DNA of 64,000 nt from an uncultured Alphaproteobacteria bacterium (GTDB lineage Bacteria; Pseudomonadota; Alphaproteobacteria; RF32; CAG-239), in assembly GCA_944393175.1 (NCBI GenBank), contig CALXZH010000024.1:29813-93812 (forward strand), read 5' to 3'. Every line of letters starts with the position of its first letter. Position 1 is the stretch's first letter. Shown in pieces: positions 8,488 through 17,639 of this stretch. The position numbers were made by a program, and so were the translations under genes. The notes under the pieces were generated by a model. It did not search any database. It was not told where the DNA came from and saw nothing but the letters and a program-made list of their open reading frames with translations.

Positions 8488-10827
8488 TTGCTTATGAATA
8501 TTTCTTGTATTTCTGACGAGCAGTGTTACGGATGTTCTGCGTGTTTTAGTATTTGTCCGGTGCATGCTATTGATATGTCCTCTGATAATGAGGGGTTTTT
8601 GCGCCCTATTGTGAATGAAGCTGTTTGTATTGACTGTACAAAGTGTATGACAGTGTGTCCGGTTCAGAATATGCAAAGGCTGAAAGATTATGCCGAAAAG
8701 AAGTATTTGGCGCTCAGAAATTCCAGTACTGATTTGGTGAAAAAAAGTTCATCGGGCGGTGTCTTTGCCTTGTTGGCTGAATATGTTTTAGAGAACAAAG
8801 GGGTTGTTTACGGTGCAGCCTTTGATAAGTGTAATATTTTACACCATGAGCGCGTTGATAGTTTGAGCACTCTTGAGAGGTTGATGGGGTCCAAATATGT
8901 TCAAAGTGATTTAGGGCATATTTTTTCGCAAGTAAAAGCAGATTTAAAAAATAACAAAAAAGTATTGTTTGTCGGAACCCCTTGTCAGGTGGCCGGCTTG
9001 AAAGCTTTTATCAGAAAAGAATATGATAATTTAATTACGGCCGATTTGCTGTGCCACGGTGTGCCTTCGCCTGCGGTTTGGCAAAGCTATTTGCACCATT
9101 TAGGTATTGAAAATTCTGTTCCTATTGAATTCAGAAACAAAAGTGAAGGCTGGAAAAATTATCATATGGTAGTTGGTTCGGTTGTGAACGAAGAACATGA
9201 ACAAAACAGTTATATGAAAGGGTTTCTTCAGAATCTTTATTTGCGTAAAAGCTGTTATAACTGCCAATTTTGCGGAACTCAGAGATGTGCTGATTTTACT
9301 TTAGGAGATTTTTGGGGCGCAGGACTTTTTAGAAAATCTTTAGATGATGATACCGGCACATCAATTATTTTGCTGAATTCGCTTAAAGCACAAAAGGTGT
9401 TTGAGCATTTGAGTGCAAAGTTTGATGTGTGTGAACAAGTTGAGCCTTATTTTGTGGCAAGCCATAATATATCTTTGCTTAAGCCGGCTGAAAAAAATAA
9501 AGATCGGGGTGACTTTTTTGAAGATTTTAGAGCTGGTATGTCTTGGGATGATTTGTGTCAACGCTATTTACACAAACCGTCAACTTCTTTTCGAAAAATC
9601 GGTATTTTGAATTTGCAAAACTCTCATAATTTTGGCGCTTGTTTGGTTACATTTGCTTTACAAAATGTCATACAAAAACTCGGATATAAGGTTGAGGTTA
9701 TTGATTTTAGGCCGGAAAATAGGAAGCATTTGTCTGCTAAGCAGAGAAAAAATCTGCAAAAACTTGGGCAGGTTTTTGAAAGTTTTAGAAAAAAATTTCT
9801 TATTCGCAGTCGTGTTTGCTTTAATTTTGATGATTTGTGCGAACTAAATTCACGCTATGATACTTTTGTGGTCGGAAGTGACCAAGTTTGGCGTTATGGA
9901 TATGTGGCAAATTATTTACCAGAATTTTTCTTAAAATTCGCCGATGATGATAAGGTTTTGTTATCTTATGCGGCTAGTTTCGGAGTGGATTATTGGGAAG
10001 GTGATGATAAGTCGGTTAATGAGGTTTCTCAGGCTCTAAAGCGTTTTCAGGCTATTTCCGTACGCGAAAAAAGCGGAGAAAAAATTTGTCATGATGTTTT
10101 TGGAGTTGAGGCTCAACATGTTTTGGATCCGACTTTGCTCCTTAAAGCTTCTGATTATGATGCTATTATTGATTCGGCTTCTTCTGCCGCTCGTTTGCAA
10201 AAGAAATACGTGGCATATATGTTTTTAGATAATGATGATGCAAATGTGGAGAAAATACGTTCTTGGGCTAAGCAGAAAAATTTTGAAGTCATTAATCTTG
10301 GCGCAAATGAAAATGAGTATCGAAATGTCGGTGAATGGTTGAGCTTGATTAAAAATGCTGAATATGTCATTACAGATTCGTTTCACTGTGTTTGCTTTGC
10401 TCTGATTTTTCATAAAGCTTTCTTATGTGTCAAAAACAGGGGAAGAGGAATTGAAAGACTTAAAAGTTTGCTTAAAAGTTTGAACTTAATGCCGCATTTG
10501 GTTGAAGAGTTGGATGGAAATCTTGCCTCAATAATGGCTGTAAATTACAAAGAGGTTGATGCTTTGTTAGAAGAGAAGAAAAAAGCATCGCTTGATTTTT
10601 TGATAAAAAGCTTGGCTCTTCCTGCAAAACAGTTACCTAAAAGAAAAACAGTTACGTCGTTTTTGCTTTTTAATAAGGTTATTTTGTGGCGTGTCGTGAC
10701 TAAGCGGAATGTCGGTATGGTTAAGCTCTTTAATATTTTACCAATTTTAAAAATTATAAAAACCCCGCATCGTCGTAAATATTTACTTTTTGGTGTTTTA
10801 CCGCTTTTTACCACCAAAATTAAATAG
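8488..10827 (+). CDS. fusion protein: FrhB/F420-dehydrogenase-beta-like 2x[4Fe-4S] domain + polysaccharide pyruvyl transferase domain
   Basis: 779 aa; two CxxCxxCxxxCP ferredoxin motifs at N-terminus (CYGCSACFSICPV, CIDCTKCMTVCPV); C-terminal half resembles CsaB/WcaK-type pyruvyl transferases; terminal ~65 aa low-complexity. Confidence 0.65.
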   Translation: MLMNISCISDEQCYGCSACFSICPVHAIDMSSDNEGFLRPIVNEAVCIDCTKCMTVCPVQNMQRLKDYAEKKYLALRNSSTDLVKKSSSGGVFALLAEYVLENKGVVYGAAFDKCNILHHERVDSLSTLERLMGSKYVQSDLGHIFSQVKADLKNNKKVLFVGTPCQVAGLKAFIRKEYDNLITADLLCHGVPSPAVWQSYLHHLGIENSVPIEFRNKSEGWKNYHMVVGSVVNEEHEQNSYMKGFLQNLYLRKSCYNCQFCGTQRCADFTLGDFWGAGLFRKSLDDDTGTSIILLNSLKAQKVFEHLSAKFDVCEQVEPYFVASHNISLLKPAEKNKDRGDFFEDFRAGMSWDDLCQRYLHKPSTSFRKIGILNLQNSHNFGACLVTFALQNVIQKLGYKVEVIDFRPENRKHLSAKQRKNLQKLGQVFESFRKKFLIRSRVCFNFDDLCELNSRYDTFVVGSDQVWRYGYVANYLPEFFLKFADDDKVLLSYAASFGVDYWEGDDKSVNEVSQALKRFQAISVREKSGEKICHDVFGVEAQHVLDPTLLLKASDYDAIIDSASSAARLQKKYVAYMFLDNDDANVEKIRSWAKQKNFEVINLGANENEYRNVGEWLSLIKNAEYVITDSFHCVCFALIFHKAFLCVKNRGRGIERLKSLLKSLNLMPHLVEELDGNLASIMAVNYKEVDALLEEKKKASLDFLIKSLALPAKQLPKRKTVTSFLLFNKVILWRVVTKRNVGMVKLFNILPILKIIKTPHRRKYLLFGVLPLFTTKIK

Positions 10828-10855
10828 TGCAGCTTTGAGGACAGGTGCCGATAGT

Positions 10856-11503
10856 TTAATTGATGTCTTTTAATAAAATGGCGAGGTTATGGGTGAATAA
10901 TTTTACGGAGATAGCCAAGAGGATAATGCCGAAAAATTTTTGAAGCATATAGATGGTTCCTGCTCCTAAAATGCGGTCAATTTTTTTGCTTAGTTTGAGA
11001 ACTATATATACCCATAAAACATTTAGCAAAACGGCTAAGATAATATTAATGTCGTCATATTGTGAGCGAATGGATAGCAAGGTTGTCAGGCCTCCGGCTC
11101 CGGCAATGAGCGGAAATACCACGGGAATAAATGTTGCATCTTTTGGAGAATCGGGTGAGTTCTTAAATATTTCAATGTCCAATATCATTTCCATCGACAT
11201 TACAAAAATAATCAATGAACCGGCTATAGCGAAAGATGATATATCAACGTGGAAGAGGTGTAAAAAGGCTTCACCAACATAGAAAAAACCCATAAACATG
11301 ATGAGCGAAAATAGGGCAGCTTTGAGAGCGTTAATCTTTTTGCCTTTTTTCTTGAGGCTTAAAAATATAGGTATGGAGCCTGTCACATCAATGACGGCAA
11401 ATAAGACCACAAACGCGCTGATAAATTCCTGAATGTTAAATTGTTGAAACATTTTTTCCTGCCTTTCGATTAGGGACATATCAGCTTGAGCTGTGAAAGT
11501 CAA
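10856..11503 (-). CDS. MarC-family (UPF0056) integral membrane protein
   Basis: 215 aa, 6 predicted TM segments, MarC-like pattern; internal Met may be true start. Confidence 0.55.
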   Translation of the reverse strand: MTFTAQADMSLIERQEKMFQQFNIQEFISAFVVLFAVIDVTGSIPIFLSLKKKGKKINALKAALFSLIMFMGFFYVGEAFLHLFHVDISSFAIAGSLIIFVMSMEMILDIEIFKNSPDSPKDATFIPVVFPLIAGAGGLTTLLSIRSQYDDINIILAVLLNVLWVYIVLKLSKKIDRILGAGTIYMLQKFFGIILLAISVKLFTHNLAILLKDIN

Positions 11504-11508
11504 GAGGC

Positions 11509-12171
11509 TTAAATTTCTAAGCGGACGACTACTCGGCGGTTTTTTTCTTGATTTTCGGGAATATATTCCCCATATGAGTTGGTGTTGGGATATTTGGGAA
11601 CAATGTGTCCCATGCCGATTGCCTTAAATCTTTCTTCTTTGAGACCGCGAGCAATGAGCGCATGGACTATTGCTCCGGCGCGGGCTGATGATAATTCCCA
11701 ATCCGACTGATAGCCGGAAGCTTTTGTTTCAATCGTATCAGTGTGGCCTTCAACGCTTATGCTAAAGCGACGATATTTTTCGCCTTTCAGCAGTTCTGCA
11801 ATTTGATTTAGGAGTTTATCGCTGCCTTTTTTGAGTTTGTCAGATCCTTTTTCAAATAATATGGAACTGGTAATATCTAATGTTGCACCGCATGAATCCG
11901 AGCCTATGCCGATGCCTTCTCCTAGATTAGCTTTGGCGGCATCATCTAAAAAATTTAGTATGGTTCCGTTCATTTGGTCAGCAGCCATTCCTCCAAATGC
12001 TGCAGCAAAGGCATATTGAATTTGGGCGGCTTTTTGTTTGTCCAGAGAAGAAGATGCAAAAAGAACAATAAACAAAGCCAAAAGCAGTGTTAATAAGTCG
12101 GAATAGGGAATCAGCCAAGTTTCGTCGGCATGTTCTTCATGGGGGGCTTCGGCAGGTTTCTTTTTGACCAT
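11509..12171 (-). CDS. motB: flagellar motor stator protein MotB-like (OmpA-like C-terminal domain)
   Basis: 220 aa; single N-terminal TM, C-terminal OmpA/MotB peptidoglycan-binding region (VEGHTD...SSARA...RRV); directly downstream of motA-like gene. Confidence 0.7.
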   Translation of the reverse strand: MVKKKPAEAPHEEHADETWLIPYSDLLTLLLALFIVLFASSSLDKQKAAQIQYAFAAAFGGMAADQMNGTILNFLDDAAKANLGEGIGIGSDSCGATLDITSSILFEKGSDKLKKGSDKLLNQIAELLKGEKYRRFSISVEGHTDTIETKASGYQSDWELSSARAGAIVHALIARGLKEERFKAIGMGHIVPKYPNTNSYGEYIPENQEKNRRVVVRLEI

Positions 12172-12180
12172 TTTTTACCT

Positions 12181-12951
12181 CTAGTCGTGCAAAGGTTTGC
12201 GTTCGGAAACAGGGATGAAAGATTGAAGTTTTGATTCCATCGCCATTGATGAGGCTCCGGATTGCAGAGCTAATGCTCCTTCTAGAATCATTTTTTTGAT
12301 TTCAACTTCGGCAGCCGATATTCTTTTGAGCTTATTGGCAAACGGGTGCCAACAAACATAACCGGTAAAAATACCCAGTAAGGTGGCAACAAATGCGGCT
12401 GCTATGGAGTGACCTAACTTATCTATATCAGATAAGTTTCCTAAGGCCGCAATTAATCCGATTACGGCACCAAGAACACCAAGGGTAGGGGCATACATTC
12501 CGCCTTGCGAAAAGATGGATGCATTGGCGCGGTGACGTTCTTCCATCTGTTTGATGTCATTATCGGCAACCTCATAAATAAAATCTGCACTGAAACCATC
12601 GGCTACCATAGAAAGCGTTGATTTGATAAAAGGGTCTTCAATTTCATTGGCGCGCTTTTCTATGGCCATAACACCTTCTTGTTTGGCTGATTTTGCCAGG
12701 CTCACAAATAATTCAAGTACTTCTTGTTTGCTGATTTGCGGTTTGCCGCAAAATATAATTTTACATAGTGTCGGAAAGCGTTTCAATTCCTCCATGGTAA
12801 AAGCATTGAAGAGTGCGGCGCCGGTTCCGGCAAAAATAATTAAATATGCGGCAGGGTTAATAAGTGCATGTGGGTCGGCTCCTTTTAAGTACATACCTAT
12901 ACCAATAGAGGCTATGCCGGCAGAAAGCCCAATAATCGTTGATTTTTCCAT
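12181..12951 (-). CDS. motA: flagellar motor stator protein MotA/PomA-like (MotA/TolQ/ExbB family)
   Basis: 256 aa, 4 TM, MotA-like topology and conserved C-terminal TM3-TM4 region (PTLGVLGAVIGLI...AAFVATLLG). Confidence 0.7.
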   Translation of the reverse strand: MEKSTIIGLSAGIASIGIGMYLKGADPHALINPAAYLIIFAGTGAALFNAFTMEELKRFPTLCKIIFCGKPQISKQEVLELFVSLAKSAKQEGVMAIEKRANEIEDPFIKSTLSMVADGFSADFIYEVADNDIKQMEERHRANASIFSQGGMYAPTLGVLGAVIGLIAALGNLSDIDKLGHSIAAAFVATLLGIFTGYVCWHPFANKLKRISAAEVEIKKMILEGALALQSGASSMAMESKLQSFIPVSERKPLHD

Positions 12952-13146
12952 AAGTTATACCTTTAATTGTTTTATTTTTGCATTATAGATATAACTCTTT
13001 AATATTATGTAAATATTTTCGTATCATTCCTTTTAGAATAAGGTGTTGTCGGAATAACATTTGAAAATAGTTTATGAATTGATTGCTTTTATTTGATATA
13101 AGGCTTATATTAATATTATATGACTTACAGAATATGGAGTTTTTTA

Positions 13147-14039
13147 TGCAAAAATTTAATACCTTTTTGGCTTTTGACATCGGTGGAACAAAAATTGCTT
13201 ATGCATTGGTTGACGCTAAGGGAAATTTATTGGCAGAACAGGTTAGAATTCCAACGCCGAAAGATAATCAGGTTTTATTTGATACCTTAAAAAATGTTGT
13301 TCAAAAATTTGAAAGCCAAATTGATGGTATTGCAATTGCAACCGCAGGCGAAGTTAATAAAGATAATACTCATATTATTGCTTCGGTCGGAAATATGCCC
13401 AAAGGCTATATGAATACTGATTTTACGGCCCTATCGGATAAGCCGGTTTATGTGGAAAATGATGCTAATGCCGCAATGTGGGGCGAATATCTTTTGGGCG
13501 CGGCTAAAGGAACGGAAAATGCCATGTTGGTGGCTATCGGAACCGGTGTCGGGTTAGCGTTTATTGTTAACGGAAAAATATTAAAGGGAAAATCCGGTGC
13601 CGGTGGTGAAGCTCATTTTTCGGTTAATCGTGAGAAAAAGCGTCATTGCAGTTGCGGTTTGTGGGATTGTTATGAAATTTATGCTTCCGGTACGGCTTTG
13701 GGATTGGATGCTCAAGAAGTTTACGGACGAGATGATGTTTCCAGCCACGACGTGATTAAAGGGCTGAAAGAAAAGAATCCTTTGGCTGAAAAAGCTTATC
13801 ACATTTGGGAAAGTGATGTGGTTAGAGGAATTGCCGGTTTGGCAAATATATTTGATCCTGAAATTGTGGTGCTGTTTGGGTCATTGACGGCATTCATGGA
13901 TTTTGATAAATTGCAGGATGAAGTTAATCAGCAGATTGTTACCATGCCCTTGAAATTAAAGCATGCGCAATTGGATAATAATGCCGCACTGGTCGGAACT
14001 ACTTTGGCTGCCGCAGAAAAATTTAATAAGGATGCTTAA
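13147..14039 (+). CDS. ROK-family sugar kinase (glucokinase/N-acetylhexosamine kinase-like)
   Basis: ATP-binding DIGGTKIAYALVD motif; ROK zinc motif CSCGLWDCYE; ATG at 13147 with GGAG RBS. Confidence 0.8.
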
Positions 14040-14042
14040 ACG

Positions 14043-14306
14043 ATGCGACAGATTGATTCTTTTGTGCTATGGCTCGCTGCTTGTGTCTTGGTCTTGGGTG
14101 GGTTTGTGTTTTCGGTTTATTTGTTGTCGTTTATTCTGCCGGTCGTTGTCGTGTTCTTGTTAGGTGATTTTTTATGGAATATCGGAAGACGATGGTATTA
14201 TCAAAAAAAATTCGGTGGCGAAAAAATAGTGATTGTTAAAAGTAAGCCTCAAAAAAATAAAGATAATATTATTGATGCCGAATATGAAATTTTAGATGAA
14301 AAGTAA
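14043..14306 (+). CDS. small hypothetical membrane protein (2 TM)
   Basis: 87-aa ORF, two hydrophobic helices, abuts ROK gene stop; no recognisable family. Confidence 0.35.
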   Translation: MRQIDSFVLWLAACVLVLGGFVFSVYLLSFILPVVVVFLLGDFLWNIGRRWYYQKKFGGEKIVIVKSKPQKNKDNIIDAEYEILDEK

Positions 14307-14311
14307 GTAAT

Positions 14312-14347
14312 AAAAAAACAACCCGCTCAGCGGGTTGTTTTTTTATT
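14312..14347. terminator. bidirectional rho-independent terminator
   Basis: AACAACCCGC-TCA-GCGGGTTGTT hairpin flanked by A-run and T-run between convergent genes. Confidence 0.65.
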
Positions 14348-14359
14348 ATTGTAATTTTA

Positions 14360-15934
14360 TTAGATAGCTTTTTGTTTTTTGCGGGCGATGATGTCGCTGG
14401 CGCTAATTTTTAAAGAGCCATCTTGTTTTTGACTGTCAAAAGAAACAACGTTGCTTTGATTTTCACGCGCGTTCAGAACTTTTTGAACGATTTGGTCTTT
14501 TTGTTCTGAAATCTTTTGCCATGTTAAATTATTGCGAACATAAGTATTGCCGTTTTCTGCAATCTTTTGGCGTAACGGTTCATTGTTTAACAATAATTTC
14601 AAAGCTTTAACTTGACGCCAACGGTCGCTCTCTTGTGAGGGCGCATATAAGCCGATGGCTTTGCTGTAATCTTGATTGTCATCGCGGATGTCAGCGCAAT
14701 GTGCAAAATCATTAAAGCCGCTGCGTCCAACAATCACTGCCGTTTTACAACCCATAGCTTCAATCGGAACCATACCAAAGGCTTCGTTTAAGCTCGACAT
14801 TACAAAAATTGACGAAACATTGTAAACTCTTGCCATCTCTTTTTGATTTAATGATGGCAGAAAGATTACTCGATCTTCAAAATCTTTAAGAATTTCGTGG
14901 CATTCTTGGGTTACAGGATTACCAATTTCTCCGCTGACCATATAAATCACCGATGGGTCTTCCTTCATTACTTCGGCCATAGAACGAGAGAGTTCACTGA
15001 AGCCTTTGTCTCTTACAACACGACCAAGTGAAGATACAACTTTCTTGTCGGTTAAATCAATAACCTTATCTTCATTGTAGATGTTCTTATATTCAAAGTG
15101 ATATTTTAACTTATGCAGGTTTTGCGGGGTTAAAGGTTGGAAAATTTCATCATTATAACCGGGAGGAATAATGGTGATTTTATTGATGTCTGCAAGGTAT
15201 GGCTCAGCTAATAAGCGGGTTTGCTCATCAGGTGAGGTGGCTATGATAATGTCTGCCTTATGGAAGGCAAAAGTTTCATGTTCAATGCGTTTTTCAAAAT
15301 TATGCCATTGCCATTCTTCTTCGCTGATTTTTCCGGCTTCGTATTGCGGTAGGTTGCGTTCATATTTTTTGTGGCCCAAAGAGTGGCTCGTAACCAACAT
15401 CACCGGACGACGACCCGTTTCAGCTTCAATCTTGCTGCAGAGCATGTCAGCGGCTAACATACCGTCACGGTAGTGTCCTTCTACAACCTCAATGTTATCC
15501 AGTGCATTTTCTTTTTTGTAGAAATCATATAAGTTGTTGATGAGTTCGGGAAGTAACGGTACAATTTCTTCTTTGGGTACAAAATTGAAGTTTCCTCCTG
15601 CAGGAACGCGTAAAACGCGGCTGCGGATAGCTGAACTCTCGTGCCATTGCTGTTCAATCGTGTAGTTGATGTCAGCACCCAAATCGCGCGGTGTCCCTCC
15701 AAATTGCGGGCAAATGCGCGGATCAACACGGCGAGTTACCAAATCAACATCGTAGTTGTTTGAGTTGGCGGCAAGTGCCTTAACATAGTAAACCTGACCG
15801 CCGGTATCTTGTCCGGTGATAACTTTTTTGGAAATGACTTTGGTGGTCGGATAACCTTTTTCATCTAATTCAAAACCAAAGTCACCTTCAACCAAGCCAT
15901 GTGTAGAAAACATGACTTTTAATTTTTTTGACAT
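14360..15934 (-). CDS. sucrose-phosphate-synthase-like GT4 glycosyltransferase
   Basis: ~525 aa; N-terminal QDTGGQVYYV motif characteristic of sucrose synthase/SPS glycosyltransferase domain; start MSKKLKV chosen because GGAGA RBS precedes it (ORF-track ATG lies in the RBS). Confidence 0.55.
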   Translation of the reverse strand: MSKKLKVMFSTHGLVEGDFGFELDEKGYPTTKVISKKVITGQDTGGQVYYVKALAANSNNYDVDLVTRRVDPRICPQFGGTPRDLGADINYTIEQQWHESSAIRSRVLRVPAGGNFNFVPKEEIVPLLPELINNLYDFYKKENALDNIEVVEGHYRDGMLAADMLCSKIEAETGRRPVMLVTSHSLGHKKYERNLPQYEAGKISEEEWQWHNFEKRIEHETFAFHKADIIIATSPDEQTRLLAEPYLADINKITIIPPGYNDEIFQPLTPQNLHKLKYHFEYKNIYNEDKVIDLTDKKVVSSLGRVVRDKGFSELSRSMAEVMKEDPSVIYMVSGEIGNPVTQECHEILKDFEDRVIFLPSLNQKEMARVYNVSSIFVMSSLNEAFGMVPIEAMGCKTAVIVGRSGFNDFAHCADIRDDNQDYSKAIGLYAPSQESDRWRQVKALKLLLNNEPLRQKIAENGNTYVRNNLTWQKISEQKDQIVQKVLNARENQSNVVSFDSQKQDGSLKISASDIIARKKQKAI

Positions 15935-16140
15935 TCTGTAATTCTCCATAAATTGTTGTGAAATTTATGGTTTCAATTTAACAACTATTACTTATAAATC
16001 AAGCTATTTTTACTGCATCAAACTATTTTTTTGTTTATAACTTGGTATTTTTTTATTCACGGGTTTTAATTGGTAATTTTGTAGGTGCCTTTGTTAGCTC
16101 TCTTTATTTATGTTTTTTTATCACCCGATAAAAATAATTA

Positions 16141-16169
16141 TTGACATTGTGTTTGGAATTGATTATTAA
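16141..16169 (+). promoter_or_regulatory. sigma70-like promoter for tRNA-Met (TTGACA-17 nt-TATTAA)
   Basis: TTGACA at 16141, 17-nt spacer, TATTAA at 16164, ~16 nt upstream of the mature tRNA 5' end. Confidence 0.4.
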
Positions 16170-16185
16170 ATACTTCGTGTCCGAT

Positions 16186-16262
16186 GGCGGGGTAGCTCAG
16201 TTGGTTAGAGCGGTGGAATCATAATCCATGTGTCGGGAGTTCGAATCTCCCCCTCGCTACCA
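16186..16262 (+). tRNA. tRNA-Met (anticodon CAT; elongator Met or tRNA-Ile2/lysidine type, not initiator)
   Basis: 77-nt cloverleaf: GGCGGGG acceptor, TAGCTCAGTTGGTTAGAGC D-arm, anticodon loop ATCATAA, GGGAGTTCGAATCTCCC T-arm, encoded CCA; anticodon stem lacks the three G-C pairs of initiator tRNA. Confidence 0.9.
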
Positions 16263-16375
16263 AGATTTAGTAACAGTCCTTAGGGGCTGTTTTTTTGTAT
16301 CTGTTTACTTTTTAATGTTAGCAGAGCTCGGCAGTTTGTAAGCCTACAAACTGTGGGAGATTAGCACTTAGGCCG
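16246..16375 (+). repeat. 130-bp direct repeat copy 1 (includes last 17 nt of tRNA-Met plus trailer/terminator)
   Basis: Near-identical to 16474-16605 (one extra T, one C/T difference). Confidence 0.9.
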
Positions 16376-16473
16376 CTAATTAAAATTTCGAAAGTTATCG
16401 CTTTCTCATTTTAATAAGCGTTTCTAAGATTTTGCAGACAAAAACAATCAATCCGCTGATTGTTTTTGCTTAG

Positions 16474-16605
16474 CAATCCCCCTCGCTACCAAGATTTAGT
16501 AACAGTCTTTAGGGGCTGTTTTTTTTGTATCTGTTTACTTTTTAATGTTAGCAGAGCTCGGCAGTTTGTAAGCCTACAAACTGTGGGAGATTAGCACTTA
16601 GGCCG
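16474..16605 (+). repeat. 130-bp direct repeat copy 2 (begins with tRNA-Met 3'-end mimic AATCCCCCTCGCTACCA)
   Basis: Read directly; ends exactly at the stop codon of the downstream minus-strand ArsR-like gene. Confidence 0.9.
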
Positions 16606-16609
16606 TTCA

Positions 16610-17263
16610 TTAAAAGTCTGATTTGTCAGACAGAGAATCATAGCGTTTGTGGATGCATTGTACGGCGGTTTTGTGGACACCGGGGGTGATGTCATAAATA
16701 ATGAATCGACCCTCGCGGTGGCTGGTGACAAAGCCGTCATCCCGCAAGCGTTTGAGGTTTTGCGAGACTTTGAGCTGCTCACTTTCAATGCCGGTGATAA
16801 TGTCTGACACGCACGAAGAACCAAACAATGTGAGGTATTCCAATATCCGCATCTTATCAACATTGGCAAAAAGTTTGATTTGGTTGGCGGCCATCATTGT
16901 ATAATCTCTGGGAAGAAGGGCTTTGTAATCTTCTTGGAGGTAGTTAAAACTATCCGTCATATAACCATAGAGTTTGCGTAGGCAGGTAAATAAGCTGGCC
17001 GGATATTCCTCACAGATTTGATAAAAGATGAAAAGACCGCGGCGTTGGGTTTTAACCAAGTTGGCATCCCGCAATTTTTTGAGGCTTTGTGAGACAATCA
17101 TTTGCTCTTCTCTTACACCTTTGGCAATGGCCGAAACGCAAGACGCCCCATAAACATCGAGATATTCCAAAATTTGCAGCCTTAAGGGATGAGCTATGTA
17201 GCTCAATCCCTTAACGGCTTTTTTCATGGTTTCAAGAGGAAGTTGTTGTTCCATTAGTCTCAC
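16610..17263 (-). CDS. transcriptional regulator with two tandem ArsR/SmtB-family winged-HTH domains
   Basis: 217 aa; two internally repeated ~95-aa units each with ArsR-like HTH (CVSAIAKGV..SQSLKKLRDANLV / CVSDIITGI..SQNLKRLRDDGFV). Confidence 0.7.
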   Translation of the reverse strand: MRLMEQQLPLETMKKAVKGLSYIAHPLRLQILEYLDVYGASCVSAIAKGVREEQMIVSQSLKKLRDANLVKTQRRGLFIFYQICEEYPASLFTCLRKLYGYMTDSFNYLQEDYKALLPRDYTMMAANQIKLFANVDKMRILEYLTLFGSSCVSDIITGIESEQLKVSQNLKRLRDDGFVTSHREGRFIIYDITPGVHKTAVQCIHKRYDSLSDKSDF

Positions 17264-17628
17264 TTATTCAAATAAGGTTTAACATATTCTTCAAACTGAG
17301 CAGCATTTTGGTCTGACCAACCCATAATATATTTATCATCCATGCAAAACAGAGGGGTTCCAATTTGATTACCGAGTTGAAATTTTTCGGCACATTTGAA
17401 TAAAAGCTCATAACCTTGTTGAGTGCTGACATTTTCCATACTTAATTTTAAGTTAGGGTGATTTTTGTTTAAATAAGCAATGGCATCGTGGCAATGCGGG
17501 CAACTGGTGGAATAAAAAAAGTAGATTGTATTTGGTAAAAGTTCATTGTTGGTTTGTGCCGTTTGGTGTTCTTGGCAAGCTCCAAGCAAGCCCATAACGC
17601 AAATCAGTGACAGTAATAACTTTTTCAT
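17260..17628 (-). CDS. thioredoxin/glutaredoxin-fold lipoprotein with CPHC active site
   Basis: Signal peptide with lipobox (MKKLLLSLICVMGLLGAC); CPHC redox motif; start at MKK (AAGG RBS) rather than upstream ORF-track Met. Confidence 0.6.
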   Translation of the reverse strand: MKKLLLSLICVMGLLGACQEHQTAQTNNELLPNTIYFFYSTSCPHCHDAIAYLNKNHPNLKLSMENVSTQQGYELLFKCAEKFQLGNQIGTPLFCMDDKYIMGWSDQNAAQFEEYVKPYLNK

Positions 17629-17639
17629 GATATTTGGCC

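Noticed and set aside
15935-15949. Upstream ATG (MENYRM...) for the SPS-like gene
   Set aside because: That ATG overlaps the Shine-Dalgarno sequence (GGAGA) that serves the MSKKLKV start 15 nt downstream.
16591-16869. 92-aa minus-strand ORF overlapping the tandem-ArsR gene
   Set aside because: It is an alternative frame of a gene with clear domain content; no independent support.
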